From positions 4,650,001 to 4,714,000 of the forward strand of contig CATNEN010000001.1 of the NCBI GenBank assembly GCA_950097015.1: DNA of 64,000 nt, read 5' to 3'. The position numbers and the translations under genes were made by a program. Position 1 is the first letter of the stretch; every line of letters begins with the position of its first letter. Under the pieces are notes generated by a model, which was not told where the DNA came from, did not search any database, and saw only the letters and a program-made list of their open reading frames with translations. Origin of the DNA: Macrostomum hystrix. Lineage: Eukaryota; Animalia; Platyhelminthes. Below are positions 15,001 through 30,000 of this stretch, piece by piece.

Positions 15001-18000
15001 TCCCAAACCAGAATCTAGAAGAGATCCCAAACCAGAATCTAGAACAGATTCCAAAGCAGAATCTAAAACAGATCCCAAACCAGAATCTAGAAGAGATCCC
15101 AAAGTAGAATCTAGAACAGATCCCAAACCAGAATCTAGAAGAGATCCCAAACCAGAATCTAGAACAGATACCAAAGTAGAATCTAGAACAGATCCCAAAG
15201 CAGAATCTAGAACCGATCCCAAAGCAGCATCTAGAACCGATCCCAAAGCAGCATCTAGAACCGATCCCAAAGCAGAATCTAAAACAGATCCCTAACCATA
15301 ATCTAGAACAGATTCCAAACCAGAATCTAGAACAGATCCCAAAGCAGCATCTAGAACCGATCCCAAAGTAGAATCTAGAACAGATCCCAAAGCAGAATCT
15401 AGAACAGATTCCAAAGCAGAATCTAAAACAGATCCCTAACCATAATCTAGAACAGATTCCAAACCAGAATCTAGAACAGATCCCAAACCAGAATCTAGAA
15501 GAGATCCCAAACCAGAATCTAGAACAGATTCCAAAGCAGAATCTAAAACAGATCCCAAACCAGAATCTAGAAGAGATCCCAAAGTAGAATCTAGAACAGA
15601 TCCCAAAGCAGAATCTAGAACAAATACCAAAGCAGAATCTAGAACAGATTCCAAAGCAGAATCTAAAACAGATCCCAAACCAGAATCTAGAAGAGATCCC
15701 AAAGTAGAATCTAGAACAGATTCCAAACCAGAATCTAGAACAGATTCCAAAACAGAATCTAAAACAGATCCCTAACCATAATCTAGAACAGATTCCAAAG
15801 CAGAATCTAGAACAGATCCCAAACCAGAATCTAGAACAGATCCCAAACCAGAATCTAGAACAGATACCAAAGTAGAATCTAAAACAGATCCCTAACCATA
15901 ATCTAGAACAGATTCAAAACCAGAATCTAGAACAGATCCCAAACCAGAATCTAGAAGAGATCCCAAAGTAGAATCTAGAATAGATTCCAAAGCAGAATCT
16001 AAAACAGATTCCAAACCAGAATCTAGAACAGATCCCAAAGCAGCATCTAGAACCGATCCCAAACCAGAATCTAGAAGAGATCCCAAAGTAGAATCTAGAA
16101 CAGATCCCAAAGCAGAATCTAGAACAGATTCCAAAGCAGAATCTAAAACAGATCCCTAACCATAATCTAGAACAGATTCCAAACCAGAATCTAGAACAGA
16201 TCCCAAACCAGAATCTAGAAGAGATCCCAAACCAGAATCTAGAACAGATTCCAAAGCAGAATCTAAAACAGATCCCAAACCAGAATCTAGAAGAGATCCC
16301 AAAGTAGAATCTAGAACAGATCCCAAACCAGAATCTAGAAGAGATCCCAAACCAGAATCTAGAACAGATACCAAAGTAGAATCTAGAACAGATCCCAAAG
16401 CAGAATCTAGAACAGATTCCAAAGCAGAATCTAAAACAGATCCCTAACCATAATCTAGAACAGATTCCAAACCAGAATCTAGAAGAGATCCCAAAGTAGA
16501 ATCTAGAACAGATCCCAAACCAGAATCTAGAAGACATCCCAAAGTAGAATCTAGAACAGATCCCAAACCAGAATCTAGAAGAGATCCCAAACCAGAATCT
16601 AGAACAGATACCAAAGTAGAATCTAGAACAGATCCCAAAGCAGAATCTAGAACCGATCCCAAAGCAGCATCTAGAACCGATCCCAAAGCAGCATCTAGAA
16701 CCGATCCCAAAGCAGAATCTAAAACAGATCCCTAACCATAATCTAGAACAGATTCCAAACCAGAATCTAGAACAGATCCCAAAGCAGCATCTAGAACCGA
16801 TCCCAAAGCAGCATCTAGAACCGATCCCAAAGTAGAATCTAGAACAGATCCCAAAGCAGAATCTAGAACAGATTCCAAAGCAGAATCTAAAACAGATCCC
16901 TAACCATAATCTAGAACAGATTCCAAACCAGAATCTAGAACAGATCCCAAACCAGAATCTAGAAGAGATCCCAAACCAGAATCTAGAACAGATTCCAAAG
17001 CAGAATCTAAAACAGATCCCAAACCAGAATCTAGAAGAGATCCCAAAGTAGAATCTAGAACAGATCCCAAAGCAGAATCTAGAACAGATACCAAAGCAGA
17101 ATCTAGAACAGATTCCAAAGCAGAATCTAAAACAGATCCCAAACCAGAATCTAGAAGAGATCCCAAAGTAGAATCTAGAACAGATTCCAAACCAGAATCT
17201 AGAACAGATTCCAAAACAGAATCTAAAACAGATCCCTAACCATAATCTAGAACAGATTCCAAAGCAGAATCTAGAACAGATCCCAAACCAGAATCTAGAA
17301 GAGATCCCAAAGTAGAATCTAGAACAGATCCCAAACCAGAATCTAGAAGAGATCCCAAACCAGAATCTAGAACAGATCCCAAACCAGAATCTAGAAGAGA
17401 TCCCAAAGTAGAATCTAGAACAGATCCCAAACCAGAATCTAGAAGAGATCCCAAAGTAGAATCTAGAACAGATCCCAAACCAGAATCTAGAAGAGATCCC
17501 AAACCAGAATCTAGAACAGATACCAAAGTAGAATCTAGAACAGATCCCAAAGCAGAATCTAGAACCGATCCCAAAGCAGCATCTAGAACCGATCCCAAAG
17601 CAGCATCTAGAACCGATCCCAAAGCAGAATCTAAAACAGATCCCTAACCATAATCTAGAACAGATTCCAAACCAGAATCTAGAACAGATCCCAAAGCAGC
17701 ATCTAGAACCGATCCCAAAGCAGCATCTAGAACCGATCCCAAAGTAGAATCTAGAACAGATCCCAAAGCAGAATCTAGAACAGATTCCAAAGCAGAATCT
17801 AAAACAGATCCCTAACCATAATCTAGAACAGATTCCAAACCAGAATCTAGAACAGATCCCAAACCAGAATCTAGAAGAGATCCCAAACCAGAATCTAGAA
17901 CAGATTCCAAAGCAGAATCTAAAACAGATCCCAAACCAGAATCTAGAAGAGATCCCAAAGTAGAATCTAGAACAGATCCCAAAGCAGAATCTAGAACAGA

Positions 18001-21000
18001 TACCAAAGCAGAATCTAGAACAGATTCCAAAGCAGAATCTAAAACAGATCCCAAACCAGAATCTAGAAGAGATCCCAAAGTAGAATCTAGAACAGATTCC
18101 AAACCAGAATCTAGAACAGATTCCAAAACAGAATCTAAAACAGATCCCTAACCATAATCTAGAACAGATTCCAAAGCAGAATCTAGAACAGATCCCAAAC
18201 CAGAATCTAGAAGAGATCCCAAAGTAGAATCTAGAACAGATCCCAAACCAGAATCTAGAAGAGATCCCAAACCAGAATCTAGAACAGATCCCAAACCAGA
18301 ATCTAGAAGAGATCCCAAAGTAGAATCTAGAACAGATCCCAAACCAGAATCTAGAAGAGATCCCAAACCAGAATCTAGAACAGATTCCAAACCAGAATCT
18401 AGAACAGATCCCAAACCAGAATCTAGAAGAGATCCCAAAGTAGAATCTAGAACAGATCCCAAACCAGAATCTAGAACAGATCCCAAACCAGAATCTAGAA
18501 CAGATACCAAAGCAGAATCTAGAACAGATTCCAAAGCAGAATCTAAAACAGATCCCAAACCAGAATCTAGAAGAGATCCCAAAGTAGAATCTAGAACAGA
18601 TCCCAAACCAGAATCTAGAACAGATTCCAAAGCAGAATCTAAAACAGATCCCTAACCATAATCTAGAACAGATTCCAAACCAGAATCTAGAACAGATCCC
18701 AAACCAGAATCTAGAAGAGATCCCAAACCAGAATCTAGAAGAGATCCCAAAGTAGAATCTAGAACAGATCCCAAACCAGAATCTAGAACAGATTCCAAAG
18801 CAGAATCTAAAACAGATCCCAAACCAGAATCTAGAAGAGATCCCAAAGTAGAATCTAGAACAGATCCCAAACCAGAATCTAGAAGAGATCCCAAACCAGA
18901 ATCTAGAACAGATACCAAAGTAGAATCTAGAACAGATCCCAAAGCAGAATCTAGAACCGATCCCAAAGCAGCATCTAGAACCGATCCCAAAGCAGCATCT
19001 AGAACCGATCCCAAAGCAGAATCTAAAACAGATCCCTAACCATAATCTAGAACAGATTCCAAACCAGAATCTAGAACAGATCCCAAAGCAGCATCTAGAA
19101 CCGATCCCAAAGCAGCATCTAGAACCGATCCCAAAGTAGAATCTAGAACAGATCCCAAAGCAGAATCTAGAACAGATTCCAAAGCAGAATCTAAAACAGA
19201 TCCCTAACCATAATCTAGAACAGATTCCAAACCAGAATCTAGAACAGATCCCAAACCAGAATCTAGAAGAGATCCCAAACCAGAATCTAGAACAGATTCC
19301 AAAGCAGAATCTAAAACAGATCCCAAACCAGAATCTAGAACAGATTCCAAAGCAGAATCTAAAACAGATCCCAAACCAGAATCTAGAAGAGATCCCAAAG
19401 TAGAATCTAGAACAGATCCCAAACCAGAATCTAGAAGAGATCCCAAACCAGAATCTAGAACAGATACCAAAGTAGAATCTAGAACAGATCCCAAAGCAGA
19501 ATCTAGAACCGATCCCAAAGCAGCATCTAGAACCGATCCCAAAGCAGCATCTAGAACCGATCCCAAAGCAGAATCTAAAACAGATCCCTAACCATAATCT
19601 AGAACAGATTCCAAACCAGAATCTAGAACAGATCCCAAAGCAGCATCTAGAACCGATCCCAAAGCAGCATCTAGAACCGATCCCAAAGTAGAATCTAGAA
19701 CAGATCCCAAAGCAGAATCTAGAACAGATTCCAAAGCAGAATCTAAAACAGATCCCTAACCATAATCTAGAACAGATTCCAAACCAGAATCTAGAACAGA
19801 TCCCAAACCAGAATCTAGAAGAGATCCCAAACCAGAATCTAGAACAGATTCCAAAGCAGAATCTAAAACAGATCCCAAACCAGAATCTAGAAGAGATCCC
19901 AAAGTAGAATCTAGAACAGATCCCAAAGCAGAATCTAGAACAGATACCAAAGCAGAATCTAGAACAGATTCCAAAGCAGAATCTAAAACAGATCCCAAAC
20001 CAGAATCTAGAAGAGATCCCAAAGTAGAATCTAGAACAGATTCCAAACCAGAATCTAGAACAGATTCCAAAACAGAATCTAAAACAGATCCCTAACCATA
20101 ATCTAGAACAGATTCCAAAGCAGAATCTAGAACAGATCCCAAACCAGAATCTAGAAGAGATCCCTAACCAGAATCTAGAACAGATCCCAAACCAGAATCT
20201 AGAACAGATCCCAAACCAGAATCTAGAACAGATACCAAAGTAGAATCTAAAACAGATCCCTAACCATAATCTAGAACAGATTCAAAACCAGAATCTAGAA
20301 CAGATCCCAAACCAGAATCTAGAAGAGATCCCAAAGTAGAATCTAGAATAGATTCCAAAGCAGAATCTAAAACAGATCCCTAACCATAATCTAGAACAGA
20401 TTCCAAACCAGAATCTAGAACAGATCCCAAACCAGAATCTAGAAGAGATCCCAAAGTACAATCTAGAACAGATCCCAAACCAGAATCTAGAATAGATCCC
20501 AAAGCAGAATCTAGAACAGATTCCAAAGCAGAATCTAAAACAGATCCCTAACCATAATCTAGAACAGATTCCAAACCAGAATCTAGAACAGATCCCAAAC
20601 CAGAATCTAGAAGAGATCCCAAACCAGAATCTAGAACAGATACCAAAGTAGAATCTAAAACAGATCCCTAACCATAATCTAGAACAGATTCAAAACCAGA
20701 ATCTAGAACAGATCCCAAAGCAGAATCTAAAACAGATTCCAAACCAGAATCTAGAACAGATACCAAAGTAGAATCTAAAACAGATCCCTAACCATAATCT
20801 AGAACAGATTCAAAACCAGAATCTAGAACAGATCCCAAAGCAGAATCTAAAACAGATTCCAAACCAGAATCTAGAACAGATCACAAACCAGAATCTAGAA
20901 TAGATTCCAAACCAGAATCTAGAACAGATTCCAAACCAGAATCTAGAACAGATCCCAAACCAGAATCTAGAACAGATCCCAAACCAGAATCTAGAACAGA

Positions 21001-24000
21001 TACCAAAGTAGAATCTAAAACAGATCCCTAACCATAATCTAGAACAGATTCAAAACCAGAATCTAGAACAGATCCCAAACCAGAATCTAGAAGAGATCCC
21101 AAAGTAGAATCTAGAATAGATTCCAAAGCAGAATCTAAAACAGATTCCAAACCAGAATCTAGAACAGATCCCAAAGCAGCATCTAGAACCGATCCCAAAC
21201 CAGAATCTAGAAGAGATCCCAAAGTAGAATCTAGAACAGATCCCAAAGCAGAATCTAGAACAGATTCCAAAGCAGAATCTAAAACAGATCCCTAACCATA
21301 ATCTAGAACAGATTCCAAACCAGAATCTAGAACAGATCCCAAACCAGAATCTAGAAGAGATCCCAAACCAGAATCTAGAACAGATTCCAAAGCAGAATCT
21401 AAAACAGATCCCAAACCAGAATCTAGAAGAGATCCCAAAGTAGAATCTAGAACAGATCCCAAACCAGAATCTAGAAGAGATCCCAAACCAGAATCTAGAA
21501 CAGATACCAAAGAAGAATCTAGAACAGATCCCAAAGCAGAATCTAGAACCGATCCCAAAGCAGCATCTAGAACCGATCCCAAAGCAGCATCTAGAACCGA
21601 TCCCAAAGCAGAATCTAAAACAGATCCCTAACCATAATCTAGAACAGATTCCAAACCAGAATCTAGAACAGATCCCAAAGCAGCATCTAGAACCGATCCC
21701 AAAGTAGAATCTAGAACAGATCCCAAAGCAGAATCTAGAACAGATTCCAAAGCAGAATCTAAAACAGATCCCTAACCATAATCTAGAACAGATTCCAAAC
21801 CAGAATCTAGAACAGATCCCAAACCAGAATCTAGAAGAGATCCCAAACCAGAATCTAGAACAGATTCCAAAGCAGAATCTAAAACAGATCCCAAACCAGA
21901 ATCTAGAAGAGATCCCAAAGTAGAATCTAGAACAGATCCCAAAGCAGAATCTAGAACAAATACCAAAGCAGAATCTAGAACAGATTCCAAAGCAGAATCT
22001 AAAACAGATCCCAAACCAGAATCTAGAAGAGATCCCAAAGTAGAATCTAGAACAGATTCCAAACCAGAATCTAGAACAGATTCCAAAACAGAATCTAAAA
22101 CAGATCCCTAACCATAATCTAGAACAGATTCCAAAGCAGAATCTAGAACAGATCCCAAACCAGAATCTAGAACAGATCCCAAACCAGAATCTAGAACAGA
22201 TACCAAAGTAGAATCTAAAACAGATCCCTAACCATAATCTAGAACAGATTCAAAACCAGAATCTAGAACAGATCCCAAACCAGAATCTAGAAGAGATCCC
22301 AAAGTAGAATCTAGAATAGATTCCAAAGCAGAATCTAAAACAGATCCCTAACCATAATCTAGAACAGATTCCAAACCAGAATCTAGAACAGATCCCAAAC
22401 CAGAATCTAGAAGAGATCCCAAAGTAGAATCTAGAACAGATCCCAAACCAGAATCTAGAAGAGATCCCAAAGCAGAATCTAGAAGAGATCCCAAAGTAGA
22501 ATCTAGAACAGATCCCAAAGCAGAATCTAGAACAGATACCAAAGCAGAATCTAGAACAGATTCCAAAGCAGAATCTAAAACAGATCCCAAACCAGAATCT
22601 AGAAGAGATCCCAAAGTAGAATCTAGAATAGATTCCAAAGCAGAATCTAAAACAGATCCCTAACCATAATCTAGAACAGATTCCAAACCAGAATCTAGAA
22701 CAGATCCCAAACCAGAATCTAGAAGAGATCCCAAACCAGAATCTAGAACAGATTCCAAAGCAGAATCTAAAACAGATCCCAAACCAGAATCTAGAAGAGA
22801 TCCCAAAGTAGAATCTAGAACAGATCCCAAAGCAGAATCTAGAACAGATACCAAAGCAGAATCTAGAACAGATTCCAAAGCAGAATCTAAAACAGATCCC
22901 AAACCAGAATCTAGAAGAGATCCCAAAGTAGAATCTAGAACAGATTCCAAACCAGAATCTAGAACAGATTCCAAAACAGAATCTAAAACAGATCCCTAAC
23001 CATAATCTAGAACAGATTCCAAAGCAGAATCTAGAACAGATCCCAAACCAGAATCTAGAAGAGATCCCTAACCAGAATCTAGAACAGATCCCAAACCAGA
23101 ATCTAGAACAGATCCCAAACCAGAATCTAGAACAGATACCAAAGTAGAATCTAAAACAGATCCCTAACCATAATCTAGAACAGATTCAAAACCAGAATCT
23201 AGAACAGATCCCAAACCAGAATCTAGAAGAGATCCCAAAGTAGAATCTAGAATAGATTCCAAAGCAGAATCTAAAACAGATCCCTAACCATAATCTAGAA
23301 CAGATTCCAAACCAGAATCTAGAACAGATCCCAAACCAGAATCTAGAAGAGATCCCAAAGTACAATCTAGAACAGATCCCAAACCAGAATCTAGAATAGA
23401 TCCCAAAGCAGAATCTAGAACAGATTCCAAAGCAGAATCTAAAACAGATCCCTAACCATAATCTAGAACAGATTCCAAACCAGAATCTAGAACAGATCCC
23501 AAACCAGAATCTAGAAGAGATCCCAAACCAGAATCTAGAACAGATACCAAAGTAGAATCTAAAACAGATCCCTAACCATAATCTAGAACAGATTCAAAAC
23601 CAGAATCTAGAACAGATCCCAAAGCAGAATCTAAAACAGATTCCAAACCAGAATCTAGAACAGATACCAAAGTAGAATCTAAAACAGATCCCTAACCATA
23701 ATCTAGAACAGATTCAAAACCAGAATCTAGAACAGATCCCAAAGCAGAATCTAAAACAGATTCCAAACCAGAATCTAGAACAGATCACAAACCAGAATCT
23801 AGAATAGATTCCAAACCAGAATCTAGAACAGATTCCAAACCAGAATCTAGAACAGATCCCAAACCAGAATCTAGAACAGATCCCAAACCAGAATCTAGAA
23901 CAGATACCAAAGTAGAATCTAAAACAGATCCCTAACCATAATCTAGAACAGATTCAAAACCAGAATCTAGAACAGATCCCAAACCAGAATCTAGAAGAGA

Positions 24001-27000
24001 TCCCAAAGTAGAATCTAGAATAGATTCCAAAGCAGAATCTAAAACAGATTCCAAACCAGAATCTAGAACAGATCCCAAAGCAGCATCTAGAACCGATCCC
24101 AAACCAGAATCTAGAAGAGATCCCAAAGTAGAATCTAGAACAGATCCCAAAGCAGAATCTAGAACAGATTCCAAAGCAGAATCTAAAACAGATCCCTAAC
24201 CATAATCTAGAACAGATTCCAAACCAGAATCTAGAACAGATCCCAAACCAGAATCTAGAAGAGATCCCAAACCAGAATCTAGAACAGATTCCAAAGCAGA
24301 ATCTAAAACAGATCCCAAACCAGAATCTAGAAGAGATCCCAAAGTAGAATCTAGAACAGATCCCAAACCAGAATCTAGAAGAGATCCCAAACCAGAATCT
24401 AGAACAGATACCAAAGTAGAATCTAGAACAGATCCCAAAGCAGAATCTAGAACCGATCCCAAAGCAGCATCTAGAACCGATCCCAAAGCAGCATCTAGAA
24501 CCGATCCCAAAGCAGAATCTAAAACAGATCCCTAACCATAATCTAGAACAGATTCCAAACCAGAATCTAGAACAGATCCCAAAGCAGCATCTAGAACCGA
24601 TCCCAAAGTAGAATCTAGAACAGATCCCAAAGCAGAATCTAGAACAGATTCCAAAGCAGAATCTAAAACAGATCCCTAACCATAATCTAGAACAGATTCC
24701 AAACCAGAATCTAGAACAGATCCCAAACCAGAATCTAGAAGAGATCCCAAACCAGAATCTAGAACAGATTCCAAAGCAGAATCTAAAACAGATCCCAAAC
24801 CAGAATCTAGAAGAGATCCCAAAGTAGAATCTAGAACAGATCCCAAAGCAGAATCTAGAACAAATACCAAAGCAGAATCTAGAACAGATTCCAAAGCAGA
24901 ATCTAAAACAGATCCCAAACCAGAATCTAGAAGAGATCCCAAAGTAGAATCTAGAACAGATTCCAAACCAGAATCTAGAACAGATTCCAAAACAGAATCT
25001 AAAACAGATCCCTAACCATAATCTAGAACAGATTCCAAAGCAGAATCTAGAACAGATCCCAAACCAGAATCTAGAACAGATCCCAAACCAGAATCTAGAA
25101 CAGATACCAAAGTAGAATCTAAAACAGATCCCTAACCATAATCTAGAACAGATTCAAAACCAGAATCTAGAACAGATCCCAAACCAGAATCTAGAAGAGA
25201 TCCCAAAGTAGAATCTAGAATAGATTCCAAAGCAGAATCTAAAACAGATTCCAAACCAGAATCTAGAACAGATCCCAAAGCAGCATCTAGAACCGATCCC
25301 AAACCAGAATCTAGAAGAGATCCCAAAGTAGAATCTAGAACAGATCCCAAAGCAGAATCTAGAACAGATTCCAAAGCAGAATCTAAAACAGATCCCTAAC
25401 CATAATCTAGAACAGATTCCAAACCAGAATCTAGAACAGATCCCAAACCAGAATCTAGAAGAGATCCCAAACCAGAATCTAGAACAGATTCCAAAGCAGA
25501 ATCTAAAACAGATCCCAAACCAGAATCTAGAAGAGATCCCAAAGTAGAATCTAGAACAGATCCCAAACCAGAATCTAGAAGAGATCCCAAACCAGAATCT
25601 AGAACAGATACCAAAGTAGAATCTAGAACAGATCCCAAAGCAGAATCTAGAACCGATCCCAAAGCAGCATCTAGAACCGATCCCAAAGCAGCATCTAGAA
25701 CCGATCCCAAAGCAGAATCTAAAACAGATCCCTAACCATAATCTAGAACAGATTCCAAACCAGAATCTAGAACAGATCCCAAAGCAGCATCTAGAACCGA
25801 TCCCAAAGTAGAATCTAGAACAGATCCCAAAGCAGAATCTAGAACAGATTCCAAAGCAGAATCTAAAACAGATCCCTAACCATAATCTAGAACAGATTCC
25901 AAACCAGAATCTAGAACAGATCCCAAACCAGAATCTAGAAGAGATCCCAAACCAGAATCTAGAACAGATTCCAAAGCAGAATCTAAAACAGATCCCAAAC
26001 CAGAATCTAGAAGAGATCCCAAAGTAGAATCTAGAACAGATCCCAAAGCAGAATCTAGAACAAATACCAAAGCAGAATCTAGAACAGATTCCAAAGCAGA
26101 ATCTAAAACAGATCCCAAACCAGAATCTAGAAGAGATCCCAAAGTAGAATCTAGAACAGATTCCAAACCAGAATCTAGAACAGATTCCAAAACAGAATCT
26201 AAAACAGATCCCTAACCATAATCTAGAACAGATTCCAAAGCAGAATCTAGAACAGATCCCAAACCAGAATCTAGAACAGATCCCAAACCAGAATCTAGAA
26301 CAGATACCAAAGTAGAATCTAAAACAGATCCCTAACCATAATCTAGAACAGATTCAAAACCAGAATCTAGAACAGATCCCAAACCAGAATCTAGAAGAGA
26401 TCCCAAAGTAGAATCTAGAATAGATTCCAAAGCAGAATCTAAAACAGATCCCTAACCATAATCTAGAACAGATTCCAAACCAGAATCTAGAACAGATCCC
26501 AAACCAGAATCTAGAAGAGATCCCAAAGTAGAATCTAGAACAGATCCCAAACCAGAATCTAGAAGAGATCCCAAAGCAGAATCTAGAACAGATTCCAAAG
26601 CAGAATCTAAAACAGATCCCTAACCATAATCTAGAACAGATTCCAAACCAGAATCTAGAACAGATCCCAAACCAGAATCTAGAAGAGATCCCAAACCAGA
26701 ATCTAGAACAGATCCCAAAGCAGAATCTAAAACAGATTCCAAACCAGAATCTAGAACAGATCACAAACCAGAATCTAGAATAGATTCCAAACCAGAATCT
26801 AGAACAGATTCCAAACCAGAATCTAGAACAGATCCCAAACCAGAATCTAGAACAGATCCCAAACCAGAATCTAGAACAGATACCAAAGTAGAATCTAAAA
26901 CAGATCCCTAACCATAATCTAGAACAGATTCAAAACCAGAATCTAGAACAGATCCCAAACCAGAATCTAGAAGAGATCCCAAAGTAGAATCTAGAATAGA

Positions 27001-30000
27001 TTCCAAAGCAGAATCTAAAACAGATCCCTAACCATAATCTAGAACAGATTCCAAACCAGAATCTAGAACAGATCCCAAACCAGAATCTAGAACAGATCCC
27101 AAAGTAGAATCTAGAACAGATCCCAAAGCAGAATCTAGAACAGATTCCAAAGCAGAATCTAAAACAGATCCCAAACCAGAATCTAGAACAGATCCCAAAG
27201 CAGAATCTAGAACAGATCCCAAACCATAATCTAGAAGAGATCCCACACCAGAATCTAGAACAGATACCAAAGCAGAATCTAAAACAGATTCCAAAGCAGA
27301 ATCTAAAACAGATCCCTAACCATAATCTAGAACAGATTCCAAACCAGAATCTAGAACAGATCCCAAACCAGAATCTAGAAGAGATCCCAAACCAGAATCT
27401 AGAACAGATACCAAAGTAGAATCTAAAACAGATCCCTAACCATAATCTAGAACAGATTCAAAACCAGAATCTAGAACAGATCCCAAACCAGAATCTAGAA
27501 GAGATCCCAAAGTAGAATCTAGAATAGATTCCAAAGCAGAATCTAAAACAGATTCCAAACCAGAATCTAGAACAGATCCCAAAGCAGCATCTAGAACCGA
27601 TCCCAAACCAGAATCTAGAAGAGATCCCAAAGTAGAATCTAGAACAGATCCCAAAGCAGAATCTAGAACAGATTCCAAAGCAGAATCTAAAACAGATCCC
27701 TAACCATAATCTAGAACAGATTCCAAACCAGAATCTAGAACAGATCCCAAACCAGAATCTAGAAGAGATCCCAAACCAGAATCTAGAACAGATTCCAAAG
27801 CAGAATCTAAAACAGATCCCAAACCAGAATCTAGAAGAGATCCCAAAGTAGAATCTAGAACAGATCCCAAACCAGAATCTAGAAGAGATCCCAAACCAGA
27901 ATCTAGAACAGATACCAAAGTAGAATCTAGAACAGATCCCAAAGCAGAATCTAGAACCGATCCCAAAGCAGCATCTAGAACCGATCCCAAAGCAGCATCT
28001 AGAACCGATCCCAAAGCAGCATCTAGAACCGATCCCAAAGCAGAATCTAAAACAGATCCCTAACCATAATCTAGAACAGATTCCAAACCAGAATCTAGAA
28101 CAGATCCCAAAGCAGCATCTAGAACCGATCCCAAAGCAGCATCTAGAACCGATCCCAAAGTAGAATCTAGAACAGATCCCAAAGCAGAATCTAGAACAGA
28201 TTCCAAAGCAGAATCTAAAACAGATCCCTAACCATAATCTAGAACAGATTCCAAACCAGAATCTAGAACAGATCCCAAACCAGAATCTAGAAGAGATCCC
28301 AAACCAGAATCTAGAACAGATTCCAAAGCAGAATCTAAAACAGATCCCAAACCAGAATCTAGAAGAGATCCCAAAGTAGAATCTAGAACAGATCCCAAAG
28401 CAGAATCTAGAACAGATACCAAAGCAGAATCTAGAACAGATTCAAAACCAGAATCTAGAACAGATCCCAAACCAGAATCTAGAAGAGATCCCAAAGTAGA
28501 ATCTAGAATAGATTCCAAAGCAGAATCTAAAACAGATCCCTAACCATAATCTAGAACAGATTCCAAACCAGAATCTAGAACAGATCCCAAACCAGAATCT
28601 AGAACAGATCCCAAAGTAGAATCTAGAACAGATCCCAAAGCAGAATCTAGAACAGATTCCAAAGCAGAATCTAAAACAGATCCCAAACCAGAATCTAGAA
28701 CAGATCCCAAAGCAGAATCTAGAACAGATCCCAAACCATAATCTAGAAGAGATCCCAAACCAGAATCTAGAACAGATACCAAAGCAGAATCTAAAACAGA
28801 TTCCAAAGCAGAATCTAAAACAGATCCCTAACCATAATCTAGAACAGATTCCAAACCAGAATCTAGAACAGATCCCAAACCAGAATCTAGAAGAGATCCC
28901 AAACCAGAATCTAGAAGAGATCCCAAAGTAGAATCTAGAACAGATTCCAAACCAGAATCTAGAACAGATTCCAAAACAGAATCTAAAACAGATCCCTAAC
29001 CATAATCTAGAACAGATTCCAAAGCAGAATCTAGAACAGATCCCAAACCAGAATCTAGAAGAGATCCCTACCCAGAATCTAGAACAGATCCCAAACCAGA
29101 ATCTAGAACAGATCCCAAACCAGAATCTAGAACAGATACCAAAGTAGAATCTAAAACAGATCCCTTACCATAATCTAGAACAGATTCAAAACCAGAATCT
29201 AGAACAGATCCCAAACCAGAATCTAGAAGAGATCCCAAACCAGAATCTAGAATAGATTCCAAAGCAGAATCTAAAACAGATCCCTAACCATAATCTAGAA
29301 CAGATTCCAAACCAGAATCTAGAACAGATCCCAAACCAGAATCTAGAAGAGATCCCAAAGTAGAATCTAGAACAGATCCCAAACCAGAATCTAGAAGAGA
29401 TCCCAAAGCAGAATCTAGAACAGATTCCAAAGCAGAATCTAAAACAGATCCCTAACCATAATCTAGAACAGATTCCAAACCAGAATCTAGAACAGATCCC
29501 AAACCAGAATCTAGAAGAGATCCCAAACCAGAATCTAGAACAGATCCCAAAGCAGAATCTAAAACAGATTCCAAACCAGAATCTAGAACAGATCACAAAC
29601 CAGAATCTAGAATAGATTCCAAACCAGAATCTAGAACAGATTCCAAACCAGAATCTAGAACAGATCCCAAACCAGAATCTAGAACAGATCCCAAACCAGA
29701 ATCTAGAACAGATACCAAAGTAGAATCTAAAACAGATCCCTAACCATAATCTAGAACAGATTCAAAACCAGAATCTAGAACAGATCCCAAACCAGAATCT
29801 AGAAGAGATCCCAAAGTAGAATCTAGAATAGATTCCAAAGCAGAATCTAAAACAGATCCCTAACCATAATCTAGAACAGATTCCAAACCAGAATCTAGAA
29901 CAGATCCCAAACCAGAATCTAGAACAGATCCCAAAGTAGAATCTAGAACAGATCCCAAAGCAGAATCTAGAACAGATTCCAAAGCAGAATCTAAAACAGA

